Shown here piece by piece: positions 26,600-40,475 of a stretch of 64,000 bases of DNA. Each line of letters begins with the position of its first letter. Within the stretch, counting starts at the first letter, position 1. This DNA comes from Eledone cirrhosa (lineage: Eukaryota), in NCBI GenBank assembly GCA_964016885.1, contig OZ024741.1, positions 43,586,001 through 43,650,000 on the forward strand. The letters run 5' to 3'. The position numbers and the translations under genes are program-made. The notes under the pieces were generated by a model that worked only from the letters and a program-made list of their open reading frames with translations, was not told the DNA's origin and searched no databases.

Positions 26600-28900
26600 T
26601 ATCGAAACTCCATTACCGAGCACAGCTCTCTGCCTCTTTGGTATGAGCTGATGTTTCCACTGTATTGAGAATACGCTTCGGAATTTGTTCTATTTTGTGT
26701 ACGCTCTATATGTTCGCGCTTCCTGGGATTTTAGTTATCTATGTGTCTCTCTCTTTTTTTTCTTTTAATTATTTCCATTTAAATATTGTTTCTGCTTTCA
26801 TTATTCTTATTCTGCATATCTTGATAATTTCTCCATTTCATTGGTAGATATAAAGTGACCTATGGGAATTGATATATCAATTAGAATACATATTTTCTTT
26901 GTCGGTGTTGACTATAATATCCGCTTCATTGACGTTGATTTTCCTGTCTGTGTGCATCGCTATATCGCAGAGAATGGTTACTTTGTCATTCTCTGACAAT
27001 TTTTCTCGTATGTGTGACTGTACCATCTTTATTCCGTTGGTATTTCGTAGTGTTGAAATAAATACTAATGTATGAAAAACCCTATGAAAAACCCTTATGG
27101 ATATATCCTTTTTTGGCTAAAATTTGGCAGCCAGAGATAATGTGGTTCTTTTTTCCACACGTCCTCATATCTCGCTGTTAGGTCTGTGTTAAGCAGTAAT
27201 ATAATCCATCTATAATATTCCACTCTAATGTTTTCGTTCATTTGTGTGTTAGCACCGTCTGGGTTGTTGATTCCTATAGATTTGTATGTCTGTGTTTGAT
27301 CTTATTCTCTTAACTCACTTTCTTTATCTAGCATGATACTAATGTTCCTTGCCTATTTCTTTTGTGAATCTATGTACCGGTGTTTCGAGTTGTCTCCCGT
27401 CTGCAGCATACAGCTTTAGATCATTCATATACAATAGTGGATAGTTTTGCTGTTGCATTTATACTCCAATCCAGGAGTGTTTAGTTTCTCAAATAATGAT
27501 GTCAGTATTAAGCAAAAAGGTGGTGTTATAAGAAGTCTCTTTGAAGTATACCTAGTTACATTCTTTGTTTGTAACTGCAGAAATGTTTACCACTTACTCC
27601 TCATATGGTGCTACTGTATTAATGCCTAGTGTATAAGTATCCATATATGGGTAACACTGTCAATGGCTTTCTTGGTAATTAATCCGAGCCATGTTGAGTG
27701 TTGTTTTGGATTTTTTACTGCAGTTTTCGGATAGAGCTTTATTGATTAAACATTAGTCATTACCGCCAATGAGTATTTGCATCATCCTTTCTCGTCTTCT
27801 GGAAGGAGATAGATTTATTCGAAGTGTTTTGCACTTTTCTGCGATATTATTGCCTATTATTTTTATGTAGTCGGAAGGCTTGCTTTGGGCCTATCATTTT
27901 CGGAGTTTTTGGAGATTGCTGTGACATTAATGTTCGGGATCAGGATGGTTTTTTCCCTTTAGTGAACCATTCAGTTGTTTTCCAAGCTCTGTCTAAATCT
28001 CATTAAAGTTTTTGCAAGTATACCATATAGCTCTGTTACATATTACAGCCAAAAGCTAATTGCTTTTTTTCAGTGTACTATATCCATGATTGTTGTATTG
28101 TCCTTCTACAGTTGTTCATCCCCTGTGTTCATGTTTCTAGCTAGTTCTGTGCATGGTGATTCTCCTTCTTCTCCTGTTCATAATATTTTACAGAACTCTT
28201 CTACTTATTTTGCTTCATAGGCTACATATACTTCTATTTGTGCTTTTATTAAGTTCCTGGTAGTGCCTTTTATGGCTGGAGCAAAATAGATGGTTTTCTT
28301 AAACATTGTTGGTGCTTTTCATATCCACGAATTCTTTGTGCCTTTTTAAGTAGTTGTTGTTTTAGCCGTTCCTAAGTATCCGGGATATCCTTTTTCGTTA
28401 TATTATATTTCATTCGGATTTTTATTTTCGTAACTCTTCCTAGTTGCCTTGCTGCCCTTAATATTTCATTCTCTGTCTTTTTGTATCCTTAATTTTCATG
28501 TTTGTGAGGGCTTTCTTATTCTTGCTTGTGTAGCTCTAAGGGGGTACCCACTTACTCCCGTAACAACAGCAGCTGCTGCATATATTATATTATTTAAGCT
28601 TATTGTAATAATATTTTTATTCGTGTTTATTTAGTCTATGATGGGTAGATTAGCGATGTTTTATAATTGCTGCTATTTTATTATTGATTTTTATCTTTGG
28701 TAGATGTATTCTGTGGTTGATAGTGAGATTTTTTATTTCTTTGAAGTGTTTGGAATATTTCCGGTGTTATTGTATTGTGGTGTTATATTTTGTCTTAAGG
28801 ATTTCTCTCCTACACTACATATTTCTTTTCTTTTGTATCATTAGCTGTGTTGTCCTGAATCGATTTGTAGTGGGTAGTACACTGTACGTCTTTTAGGATT
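26600..28900 (-). mobile_element. Dong/R4-clade non-LTR retrotransposon (RT and restriction-like endonuclease), heavily degraded
   Basis: NNIYAAAAVV near the N-terminus; HIISGCQILAKK (CCHC); ENDKVTILCD..HTDRKI..N..DIIV..DK....LIDISIP......EMEKLSRY (PD..D REL domain). Confidence 0.85.
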
Positions 28901-29149
28901 GAGATGAAACAAGGTCTGCTCACCAATATATTTGTGAATTGATATGTTTAGATATAGCGAAAATGCCTTGAATGAATGTCTCTATTATAAGCATGCACCT
29001 TTAGGCAGGAGAAAATGGAAGGGAGAGAGATGCTTGCCTATGATGCTCTTAGTGATCAGGGTGATCACTGTAACTGGAGCTCCTTAATTCTCACTCTTGG
29101 TACACTCAGAAATAAGCAGGAGATTCTGATGATTTAATATTAGAGTCAA

Positions 29150-29700
29150 GCTAGAAATCGTGGTTGTGTTGTAAATAATAATTATAAATATATTCTCGCA
29201 AGCTTAATTATTATTTAGATTACTAAGTATTCATTTAATATGAGTCTTTGTTTTTCCAACTAAGGTATTCTGAGATGGGAATCTTTGCTATCATCTTTTA
29301 AACTAGAGGCTACAATACTCCTCTTCATAGGCATACACAAGTCGCTAGACTAGAATGAGTGTTTATGCACTGTCTTGCTCCTCTGGTGATATCAGCCACA
29401 TTTTGACGAAGTCAAACCTTTCTGTATTCCTTGCACTGTATGATCTAATTATTAACACATTTAGTTAGTGTTTTTGATAGTTGAGATGGTCATGACAGTA
29501 AGGTCAGTTCGTTCAATCGCCGACGTGAAGTTAAACAATAATACATCTGAAATATTCTGCCACAAAGATATATAGAAATAATTCACACGGAATTGAGGCT
29601 TCAACGCAAAATCCATATAGAATCTCAGCAGATTTCGACGAATTAGGAAATTAGTGAATGTATACAATTATAAGTGATGATGTCTACTATACGCAATTTT
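29150..29700 (-). pseudogene. Degenerate intronless Cys-loop LGIC remnant G
   Basis: IRRNLLRFY...KP (N-terminal helix), KMW-(P)DIT (about 29405-29388), ATC, YAYEEEYCSL*FKR* (about 29335-29291; compare FPFDxQxCxLxFxSW), HIK*IL. Confidence 0.55.
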
Positions 29701-29719
29701 GGTGGAGAGGAAATTCGAT

Positions 29720-30035
29720 TAAAGCCAAAGTTAAACTCGGCGGGATTTGAACTCAGAACACAAAGGGCCGTAACTCTATGCTGCAAAGCATGGTGTCCGA
29801 CGCTCTACCGATACTGCCAATCCACCACCCTCATACATTTATAAATAATTGTTTCTACTTTTGGCACAAGGCCAACAATTACCCTAGTGTATTACTGGTA
29901 CTTTATGTTATCGAGCCGTAAGGATGAAAGGCAAAGTTAAGTTCGGCGGGAATTGAACGCAGAATAGAAAGGGCCGTAACTCTATGCGTCAAAGCATGGC
30001 GTCCGGCCATCTACCGATACTGCCAATTCACCAAT
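29720..30035 (-). mobile_element. Two main-family SINE copies (partial 29720-29830; full 29847-30035)
   Basis: Reverse complement of the family consensus. Confidence 0.93.
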
Positions 30036-30059
30036 AAGTATATAATTGCTCAATAAGGA

Positions 30060-30335
30060 ATAATTTGTCATGCTATCGAAAGACTATATGTCGAATGTTT
30101 CCGATGAACGATGCTGCAGGAAAGGTTTCCCTTCCGCAGAACCAATTAATTAATTCCGTTTGTTGTATCGTATATAATTTACCAAGTACGTTCTAAACAA
30201 TCTTGTAGATCAGTATTTACAAAATTACTTTTATCCACATTCCACTATATGAACTGGAAATCAATGGAAATGAGAACTTCAAAAGAATTAAGTCATCAAT
30301 TCTTGTTACACTGCAGTACAGCTTAACAATGAAAT
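30060..30335 (-). pseudogene. Possible N-terminal Cys-loop LGIC remnant J
   Basis: IVKLYCSVTRIDDL...GMWIKVIL*..IYKIV*N resembles the beta1-beta2 W...W.D..L.WN pattern. Weak. Confidence 0.25.
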
Positions 30336-30358
30336 TATCTGTTTCTTTCTCTCTCTTC

Positions 30359-30391
<33 letters not shown>

Positions 30392-30397
30392 TACACG

Positions 30398-30440
<43 letters not shown>

Positions 30441-30500
30441 ATATATTATATACATATATATATATACACACACACATATATATATATATACACGCACACC

Positions 30501-30567
<67 letters not shown>

Positions 30568-30568
<1 letters not shown>

Positions 30569-30997
30569 AATTAGAAATTATAAGCTTTCACCGTATTTTA
30601 GACTAAAGAAATGTCTAGCCTGATAGTGGAGTTTATAACCCCCGGAGAAATGGAAAAAGATGAGTGTTGCCGTGCGTGGGAGTCGAACCCACATCTTTGG
30701 TTATCCAGACCACTGTGCTACCATTAAAACAATACACATCCCATCTCCTTCCATTCGAATTAGAAGCTATGATCTTAGCAAGTGAATGATAAACAAGCAA
30801 ATTATAAACGTAAACATGTAAGTATGTTTTTGGAACGGTGCGCGGGATTGAAATTAGAAATTAGAAATTATAAACTTTCACCGTATTTTAGACTAAATAA
30901 ATTTCTAGCCTGATCGTGGGGTTTATAACACTCGGAGAAATGGAAAAAGATGAGTGTTGCCGTACATGGGAATCGAACCCACATCTTTGGTTATCCC
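30568..30997 (-). repeat. Partial tandem repeat (30568-30706 and 30858-30997) containing a tRNA-like pseudogene
   Basis: About 140-bp direct repeat. Minus strand of 30668-30737 has tttaatggtagcac, anticodon arm tggt-ctggata-acca and B box ggttcgactccc; the acceptor stem is degenerate. Confidence 0.75.
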
Positions 30998-31161
30998 TGT
31001 TAGTCGATTTAACGTTTGAAAGTATATACTTTCCTTATGCATATTAACGGCTGAGCAGCCTAGTTTTCATATCGAGTGGGTTAGTCGGCAGGGTGTACCG
31101 AAAACAATAAATGGAAAAAATGAAATTTCATTTCTCACTCTTAGTACGGCTGATACTTAAA

Positions 31162-31608
31162 TATAAGTATGTATACGTACATACATATATGTATACAGAC
31201 GCACGCTAGTATGTATATACGTACCTACATGCACACATATATATATATATGTACGTATGGGTTTACTGAACATTTATTATAATGCTCGGTTTGTTTGTAA
31301 ACAAACAGCCCGAATTATTAGCCGTACAGTATTCGGCAACCATCCTTACCCTTTTGTTCAACAATGACAAAGGAACGATGAACTAGTTTCTAGCTTATTA
31401 GCTGTCATCAGCACCGCATAGCTTCCTGTCAGTCAATTGTTGCCGAAGACTGTACGGCTAATAATTCGGGCATTTGTTTACAAACAAACCGAGCATTATA
31501 ATAAATGATCGGTAAACCCATAGGTACATATATATATGTGTGCATGAATGTATATATATACATATTACTGTACGTCTGTATTCATATATGTATGTACGTG
31601 TACATACT

Positions 31609-31612
<4 letters not shown>
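31162..31612. repeat. Inverted duplication, arms about 175 bp
   Basis: 31162-31340 is the reverse complement of 31439-31612; the outer end runs into (TA)n. Confidence 0.9.
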
Positions 31613-31679
<67 letters not shown>

Positions 31680-31697
31680 GTATATATGTATATATAT

Positions 31698-31739
<42 letters not shown>

Positions 31740-31796
31740 GTATATATATATGTATATATATATGTATATATATATATATGTATATATATACATATG

Positions 31797-31829
<33 letters not shown>

Positions 31830-31832
31830 ATA

Positions 31833-31937
<105 letters not shown>

Positions 31938-32364
31938 ATATATATATGTATATTTATAATAACTAGAAATTGATTAACATATAAATACAAATGAATAATC
32001 ACAGGAGATAATTTTTGCCCGCGTGTAACCACGCATAGCTAGTTTGGGTAATAATTACCTTTAAGTAGAATTAACCTTCCTTGTATATATCCCATTAAAG
32101 AAATATATTTCACCAATTAATCAGATGGTAAGTCACGGATAGTGGATATTATTGGATTGTCAACAAGGAAGCGTAATAAAGTTCAGCTATCCGTCCTTAC
32201 AGAACGAGTTTAAATCTTCATCTAGCCGTTACCACGTGTTGTGTCTACAAATGATAGCGGTTTTGTTTCAGTGGCGTTAATAGGTATTCGACAACTAGAA
32301 ATAGCAGTCAAATTTTCTTCAACAGAAATAGCTCTACAATTAAGGAGCCGTATATATATATATA

Positions 32365-32733
32365 TCTATATCCAAAATTAAGATAAAATAAATTAAATGA
32401 ATTTAATCTAAATCGAAATTGTGGGTGTCATGCCATAATGGCATGCACCATATCACCTGGAAATGAAGCTCTAAGATAAATCTGAGCATTTTATAATAAC
32501 TAGAAATTGATTAACATATAAATATACATGAATAATCACAGGAGATAATTTTTGCCCGCGTGTAACCTCCTGTGATTTTTCATGTATATTTATATGTTAA
32601 TCAATTTCTAGTTATTATAAAATGCTCAGATTTATCTTAGAGCTTAATTTCCAGGTGATATGGCATGACACCCACAATTTCGATTTTAGATTACATTCAT
32701 TTAATTTATTTTATCTTAATTTTGGAGATAGAT
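32365..32733. repeat. Fold-back palindrome, arms about 170-180 bp, 22-bp spacer
   Basis: ...aatcacaggag-ataatttttgcccgcgtgtaac-ctcctgtgatt...; both outer ends lie in (TA)n; 31954-32030 is a direct partial copy. Confidence 0.95.
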
Positions 32734-32788
32734 ATATATGTATATTTAAATATATATACATATATATATATATATAAGTATGTATATA

Positions 32789-32920
<132 letters not shown>

Positions 32921-32930
32921 TATATACATA

Positions 32931-32974
<44 letters not shown>

Positions 32975-32992
32975 AATATATATATATATAAA

Positions 32993-33886
32993 TATACTAT
33001 AATGTATGTCCATAGAATCATTTAATAATATATATACACCATTTCCTCTCCCAATTACCATAATTAACCACACAAAAATTCAATTAGACCAGGCTATAAG
33101 ATTAGAAGGCACCTATGAAGAAATAGTAAATAAATAAACCATACAAATCTGTTTGCGGCCGACCGCCATATAGTTTTTACCCAACATTTCAACCGCTCGT
33201 GGAAATCGATTAAATATACGGCCAACATATACAATTCAGTATAAAATTAAAATTAGAAATGCTTATACACATACCAGGATTATGTCCCTACCCTTGGGTT
33301 TCATTCGCATTTTGATATATCCTATTTAGGATAAAATCTTGAGCTTCGAACTTGTCAAGGGACAAACTCGTTAGGGCAGATTATTTTCTAAAGTGGTCCT
33401 CGCCAAACACAAATTGAAAATGGCTAAGAGTCATGACGTGGCAGTGGTCAAGTCAGAAAGAATGTGATTGGTTGCTTACGGTGAGTGGGTTGGTTGTTAG
33501 AAACCGCAGCCCAATATTGCCCAAAATGCAGCTCAACCTTATGGGAGATTATTAAATATAAAGATTTACATATACAAACTAAACAAAGTCACAGATATAT
33601 ATGTGTTTTGGCAACCATTCACGATGTGGCTTAATGAAGAATTAATAAATTAAATAATACTATAAAGTATGTCCATAGAATCATTTGATAATATATATAC
33701 ACCATTTCCTCTCCCAATTCGCATAATTCACCACACAAACAATCAATTAGACCAGGCTATAAGATTAAAAGGCACCTATGAATAAATAGTAAATAAATAA
33801 ACGATAGCAATCTCTTCGCGGCCAACCGCCATAGAAGCTATACCCAACATTTCAACAGCACGTGAAAATCGATTAAATATACGGTC

Positions 33887-33888
<2 letters not shown>
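32993..33888. mobile_element. Partial-tandem pLTR-like element with about 230-bp direct repeats
   Basis: 32993-33225 matches 33657-33888, bounded by (TA)n. This is the usual PLE pLTR arrangement. Confidence 0.6.
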
Positions 33889-33921
<33 letters not shown>

Positions 33922-34135
33922 CAGATAAATCTTCCAATCAATGGTAGGGTCTAAACCGTATGAAGAACTCAATGTAATCCGTATGTAGAAGATGTCGTGA
34001 AGCAAAGTTTAAAATACAAAATTTTCAACGATATAATTCATTGGATACAGAGTCCAAAATAGAAACATTAATACAATGAAATAAAACAAAAAACGGTTAA
34101 TTCATAGTAAAACTCATTATTTTACTTCAGAAATA

Positions 34136-34269
34136 ATTATTTCTGAAGACGGCGGATAGTGAAAGCGTATGTATTTTTTCTTACTATGATATTTTGTAAT
34201 ATATTTTACATATGTCAATAATTGAATGGACATACGGGGAACTACCCCCAGAAACAATCGTAAAATAAT
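34136..34269 (+). ncRNA. Type-I hammerhead ribozyme with a long loop II
   Basis: attattt-CTGAAGA-cggcggatagt-[about 80 nt]-actaccccca-GAAAC-aatc-GTA-aaataat. 34071-34125 is an inverted copy of 34260-34315. Confidence 0.7.
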
Positions 34270-34925
34270 GAGTTTTACTATGAATTAACCGTTTTTTGTT
34301 TAATTTCATTGTATTCATATTTCTGTATATGAATATATATATCCATCCATATGTGTGTGAAGACTGAGAGAATAACTAGAGTATTCAATACCGAAGTAGT
34401 GTGTTAAAATTCCTATAAATTTCATTAAAGCTAGACAACGAGTCTTGGCCTTCTGGAGATTCGCCAGTTTATCACGGTATCACCAAACAAGAACTAACCT
34501 TTCAATAGCAGACAGTATATATAGGTGGGTAAGAAGGACCTAATTGAGGAGGGGTAATAAAGGGGTAATAAAGATAGGGCTGACAGGGTGTTGGTGGCAG
34601 TGTATTGAGGATATGGCTGTGTGAAGGAGTTGATAATAGAGGATAATGGAAAAAGCCAGAAAATGTTAAATGGTCACCGGGATGCATGTAATAAATGTGA
34701 AGGTAGGTGATTAGGGGTGAGTGAAAAGGTTAGTGGGGTTGACAGGGGAATAATTACACATGTACGCACGAATACATACATATATATTCATACATTAAAA
34801 AGTATGTACACATATATGCTTACTAAATACACACACGCAGGCGCTGACATATATATATATATTGTAGTAAAAGGTTTCGTTGATATATCCAAGAGTAAGA
34901 GCATTCAGTCCATAGGATGAGTTTT

Positions 34926-35046
<121 letters not shown>

Positions 35047-35047
35047 T

Positions 35048-35080
<33 letters not shown>

Positions 35081-35127
35081 ATAGAAAAAAAACGAAGTTT
35101 CGTTTACTTATGAAGAATATTTGTTGC

Positions 35128-35233
35128 GTATCGACCTGTTACGCGCGTTTCGCAGAGGATTGGTTCAAGGCTGGGATCCATAGGAGTTATGTACCCGACT
35201 CCAGTATCGATCTGTTCTTCAGACTGGCAATAC
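35128..35233 (-). ncRNA. Type-I hammerhead ribozyme, best-preserved copy
   Basis: ccagt-CTGAAGA-acaga-[about 55 nt structured loop]-tctgc-GAAAC-gcgc-GTA-acagg, with palindromic stem III acgcgcgt. Confidence 0.8.
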
Positions 35234-35239
35234 GACAAA

Positions 35240-36070
<831 letters not shown>

Positions 36071-36127
36071 TCCTAAAATGTATTTATTTATTTATTTATG
36101 TATATTATTGTTATTATTATTATTATT

Positions 36128-36712
36128 GAATGCCATGGTTGACGGAAGCTCGGCTCTGTAAGGTATAGTAATGTTTAACCGCTATAACAATTGTAAATTG
36201 TTTAAAACTTTAACAAAATTGTAGATAAAAACACCCTCCTCCTCGTGAGAGGGGTCTTTCTGTCCGTTATTTGGCCATTCGAGGTTAAATACCCGCTTGT
36301 TTGGGTTTTGTGCCCAATATTCATTTTAAACCAAAAACAACATGGCTACAAAAAATAATTTTCACATGTCACTCCCACTAATTCCGTATTCTTCTTCCTC
36401 AATCGTCACTACACCAGAGAGAAGATTGTCTCTCTCCCTCCCTTCTCTAAATGTGTCTCTCTCCCTTCTCTTTCGCAAGCGACGCCAGTAAAGAAAAAGA
36501 AAAATATAGTTTCTGATAGTTTCCACGTGCATACCGTGGAACATTTCTCCACGACGACGACAACGACGAAACTTGTGTGCGGTAAATACGGAAAGCCATT
36601 TCATTCGTCTGACGTCATGAATAATAGCAGTAGCAGCCGTAATAACAGCAGCAGCAGCAACAGTGACAAGGAAAACAATAGTAGCAGCCGCAACAGCACC
36701 AGCAGCAGCTTA

Positions 36713-36743
<31 letters not shown>

Positions 36744-39700
36744 AGAACAGCAGCAGCAGCAGCAGCAACAACAACAACAACCACAGCAACACCGGCGGCG
36801 GCAGTCGTAGTACCAGCCAGCAGCAACAACAAAAGTAACAGCAGCTGTGACGACAACAACAACAACAAGTAAGAAAAACCAATCTCGTTTGCAGGTATCG
36901 CAAAGAACCTGGAAACGATCCTTATAACAAATGAGGAATTACAGGAAGATGGTGACGAAAACCGGATACAGAGCAATCTGCAAGGCAGCCGAAACATTTT
37001 TCGAAACCCAACAGCACTGTACGGTCACGTACCGTACAGTAAGCACAAAATCCCGTAGGCTTGAAAGAGCCACAGAGGCTCAAATACCAAAAGCCTTAGG
37101 GTCTGTGTGGCAGCGGAAAACGCATATCACCCGACGCAAGAAATATGCCACTGTGGACGTGCTTTTTGCCACACCCCAGGAGGCAAAGGCTCAATCGTTA
37201 GTGACCCTAAAGAGCGAGGAAATGGTGTTTTTGCGGACAAAAAATGTTGAGGGTCAAACTGACACACGTCCCCGACGGGATGGCCTCTTCTTGGCTGGCC
37301 GCGTCTGTCCTCGTCGGAATCGAGGACAAAACAACTGTACTGCAAGTACAGAAAAAAGTACGAGAAGAATGGGTCGGCACCTCCATTGAGATGTTAATCC
37401 AAACCAACCAGGAGTGAATCGAAGCTATCCCGGATGTGATAGACTTCGATAACGGCACTGAACTGCCCATAAGTGTTGAGAGCAAACGCCGGAAATGCTT
37501 TCGCTGTGGATCAAAGACTCACCTCAGGGCCTTCTGCAATGAGAAGACCCAGAGAAAGTAGAAAACCCCCCCTCCTTCCGAAACCGGCTCCCCTGCTACC
37601 AGCAACAGGACAGGCGGCAACCAGGAAGGATAAGTCCGTGGCACCCATACCCACACACGGAAATCAAGAATAGCAGTGGAAGTATTAACAATTATTATTA
37701 TTATTATTAATATTATTATTATTATTACAGCTGCATTTATCTTGCTTTATGTTCATACGAGTTATCATCAAGTCATGGAAATCAAGAACAGCAGCAGCAG
37801 TGGAAGTATTAACAACAACAACAGTAATACCAACTGCAGCTGCAACAGAGACTCCACTGCAAACATCACTAACAACAACAAGTGAAAGAGTGGAAATGGT
37901 ACCCCTTCTCGACCTCACACAATCGGACATGTAGTGTGAGGTGGGAAAGGGATGGCAAAAGGTCGCAAGAAGGCACAAACGCAGAAGCAGCGCAACGTCG
38001 CCTTCGAAAAGGGAGGAAAGAAATGTAAAAAGGGTAAAGGCTACTGCAAAGAGACTTACACAAGCAACACCACCAACACCATTACCACCCACACTCACAC
38101 CACCATCACCACCGGAGTTAACCCCACCGCCAACAACAACAACACCTTCAACACCACCACGACAAGCACCAACATCGCAAACAGAACAACAAAACCTACC
38201 CACCCTGCAACAACGACAAGAATATAGCAGAACCACACCCCATCCCCAGAAAAACAAATGCACAGCAATAAATACACACAACAAGAAACTAATGACTTAC
38301 ATAATTTAACACACAGATATTTCACAGCACGACTACATAATACCAGCACCAATCAAAACACCAACGAACATAAGACTGGTAAGAATAGAACAGAAGCAAT
38401 ACACAAACATTAAAACGAAATTCCCCAACGCAGTTGGTGATTTCAGAGACCTAGGAGGGACACTCAACCGGAGAGTATATTCGGATATACTCACAGAAGA
38501 GCCGACGACCAGCCGAAGGGACGATTCAACGGTCCCTTCACCAGACGATCAAGTGAAAAGGGAGAAGTAAGGTAAGTTGTCTTTCCCATCTTTTCCAATC
38601 CATTTCAACATGACCTCACTCAGAATAGGCAGCATAAATGCGCGTGTTTGGGGTCGCCATGGAAGCAGGGCCACCTGCTCAACGATCTCAGATCACTAAA
38701 CATAGATGTAGCGGACATCAGCGAGACCAGAATCTCCGAAGCACGGGCCTTCGCATCGATCTTCAGCGGCTACGATATGTACGCATCTCCCAGCCGTCCT
38801 GGATCGGGGGGAGAAGTTGCTGTGCTTTTTCGGAGAGGTTTGGATCTAGCCATACGGAACATCTTCCTGGACCCAGAACGTAAGTTGGTGGTGCTGGGCG
38901 TGACCATTTTAGACGGGCAAGCTTTCGGGCTAGTGGCCGTCTATGTCCAGACGGACAAAAACTGGGACGAGGTGACGAGCAGGGTGGCTTCTCTCACCCA
39001 GAAATGGGCGGAGAGGAAGCTATCCCTGAAAGGTCGAGCGGAGGTGGCTAACACGTACGTCGCGTCCGTCATCTGCTACCGCCTGATCGTCGTACCTTGT
39101 CCTAAGCCCAGCCTGACTGCGCTGGAGCGTTTTCTCTTTCGCTTTTTGTGGAAGGGACGCGCTCCGATTGTCAGGCGGTCCATCTGTTGTCAACACCCGT
39201 TACGTGGAGGGGTGGGCATGCCGTGGCTGATGATGCGCAGACACGCGCTCAGGCTACAACATCTCCACCTCTTCCTCGACGGTGATCAGGTGTGGTCGCC
39301 GTTTGCTAGACACGTCTTTCCCCAGCTCGTCTCCTTGACGGAGCTGCCGTCCTGGGTCAAGTGAAGACCGAGAGGGAGCGCTTGGAGACTGGAATGTCTT
39401 CAGGCGCTCACAGCCCTCGACCAATCGGGCAATATGATCTGTGGAAACTCCACTTCGGCCTTCTATAGAGGATTAGTGGAGGGGAAAAGAGACGACGTAC
39501 TTGGGGAAACTCTAGGCCTCGACGAAAATCAAGTAGTCAATCTCTTCGGAAGAACTTTCAGGCCGGAGCCTGTAGACAACTTCCAGAAATCCCTGGCCTG
39601 GCAGTGCTACCGAGGAGCCTTCCCAAATCGGGATAAAGTCTACAGGCATGGAGGTGCCGTCAGCCGGGCATGTTCGAGATGCACGCACTCGTCCAGTGTC

Positions 39701-40310
39701 CGAGAATTGCTGAATTGTGGGTTTATGTCGAACACCTGCTATCGCGTGTAGGACGGAACCGGCTGTCAGCTGAGTCCATCGTGAGGATTGCCCCGCTCTC
39801 TTCCTTTAGCCGGGAAGGGCAGGCAGTTTTTATCTGTCTGCTGGCCATGGCGAAAGAGATAGTATGGTGGTCACGTTTTAAAGGGCTGAAGACGAGCACT
39901 TACTTCTTCCGTGATGCCCTGATTGACTTTTTCAAATTTCATTTGAAAAGGAAAATCAGGGAAGAGAGGGAATTGTTCTCTTCCCAGCATTTTGTTGAAA
40001 GATGAGTGAGATAAGCAAGAATGGCCCGAGTGAATGGGCCTACTCTGAGTATGTGTCTGTAAATTAAAGGTGGAAAACTGGGAGAGGGCACTTGCCTTGG
40101 TGGTCAGGGTCACTATGGCTTTTTAATGGGCTTTCTCCACAAATGTCCTTCGGAAGTCTCCCCCCTATTGGGGAATTTTTCATTGTTATTTTTTTGTTAC
40201 ATCCTCTGTTTTTGTTTTTTACACGCAGAAATTCCCATTTGTACCGTCCTGTATTGTCCTATACTGTCCTTAATGTCTACTTTATGTTAACCCTTGTGGT
40301 TAATAAATAA
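36128..40310 (+). mobile_element. Tx1/L1-clade retrotransposon with both ends retained and the RT deleted
   Basis: ORF1 zinc knuckle CFRCGSKTHLRAFC (37496-37537). ORF2 MTSLRIGSINAR...ISETRI...VAVY is fused to KNWDEV...LSLKGR...FLW...GGVG. C-terminal CSRC..HALVQC; 3' aataaataa; (ATT)n on both flanks. Confidence 0.9.
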
Positions 40311-40324
40311 TGTATTATTATTAC

Positions 40325-40365
<41 letters not shown>

Positions 40366-40366
<1 letters not shown>

Positions 40367-40475
40367 GGCGGTGAATTGGCAGTATTGGTAGAGGGTCGGA
40401 CGCCATGCGGTCCAACATAGAGTTACGGCCCTTTACGTTCTGAGCTCAAATTCCGTCGAGGTTGACATTGCACTT
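40366..40475 (+). mobile_element. Main-family SINE, 5' half
   Basis: Head and B box match; truncated by the RTE-X 3' end at 40482. Confidence 0.9.

Noticed and set aside
30668-30737. Functional tRNA-Ser(GGA)
   Set aside because: The acceptor and D stems are mismatched and the unit lies inside a duplicated repeat.
36527-38309. Ser/Asn/Thr/Pro-rich ORFs as a host mucin-like or polyQ gene
   Set aside because: They are low-complexity parts of the Tx1 5' region/ORF1, contiguous with the zinc knuckle and ORF2.
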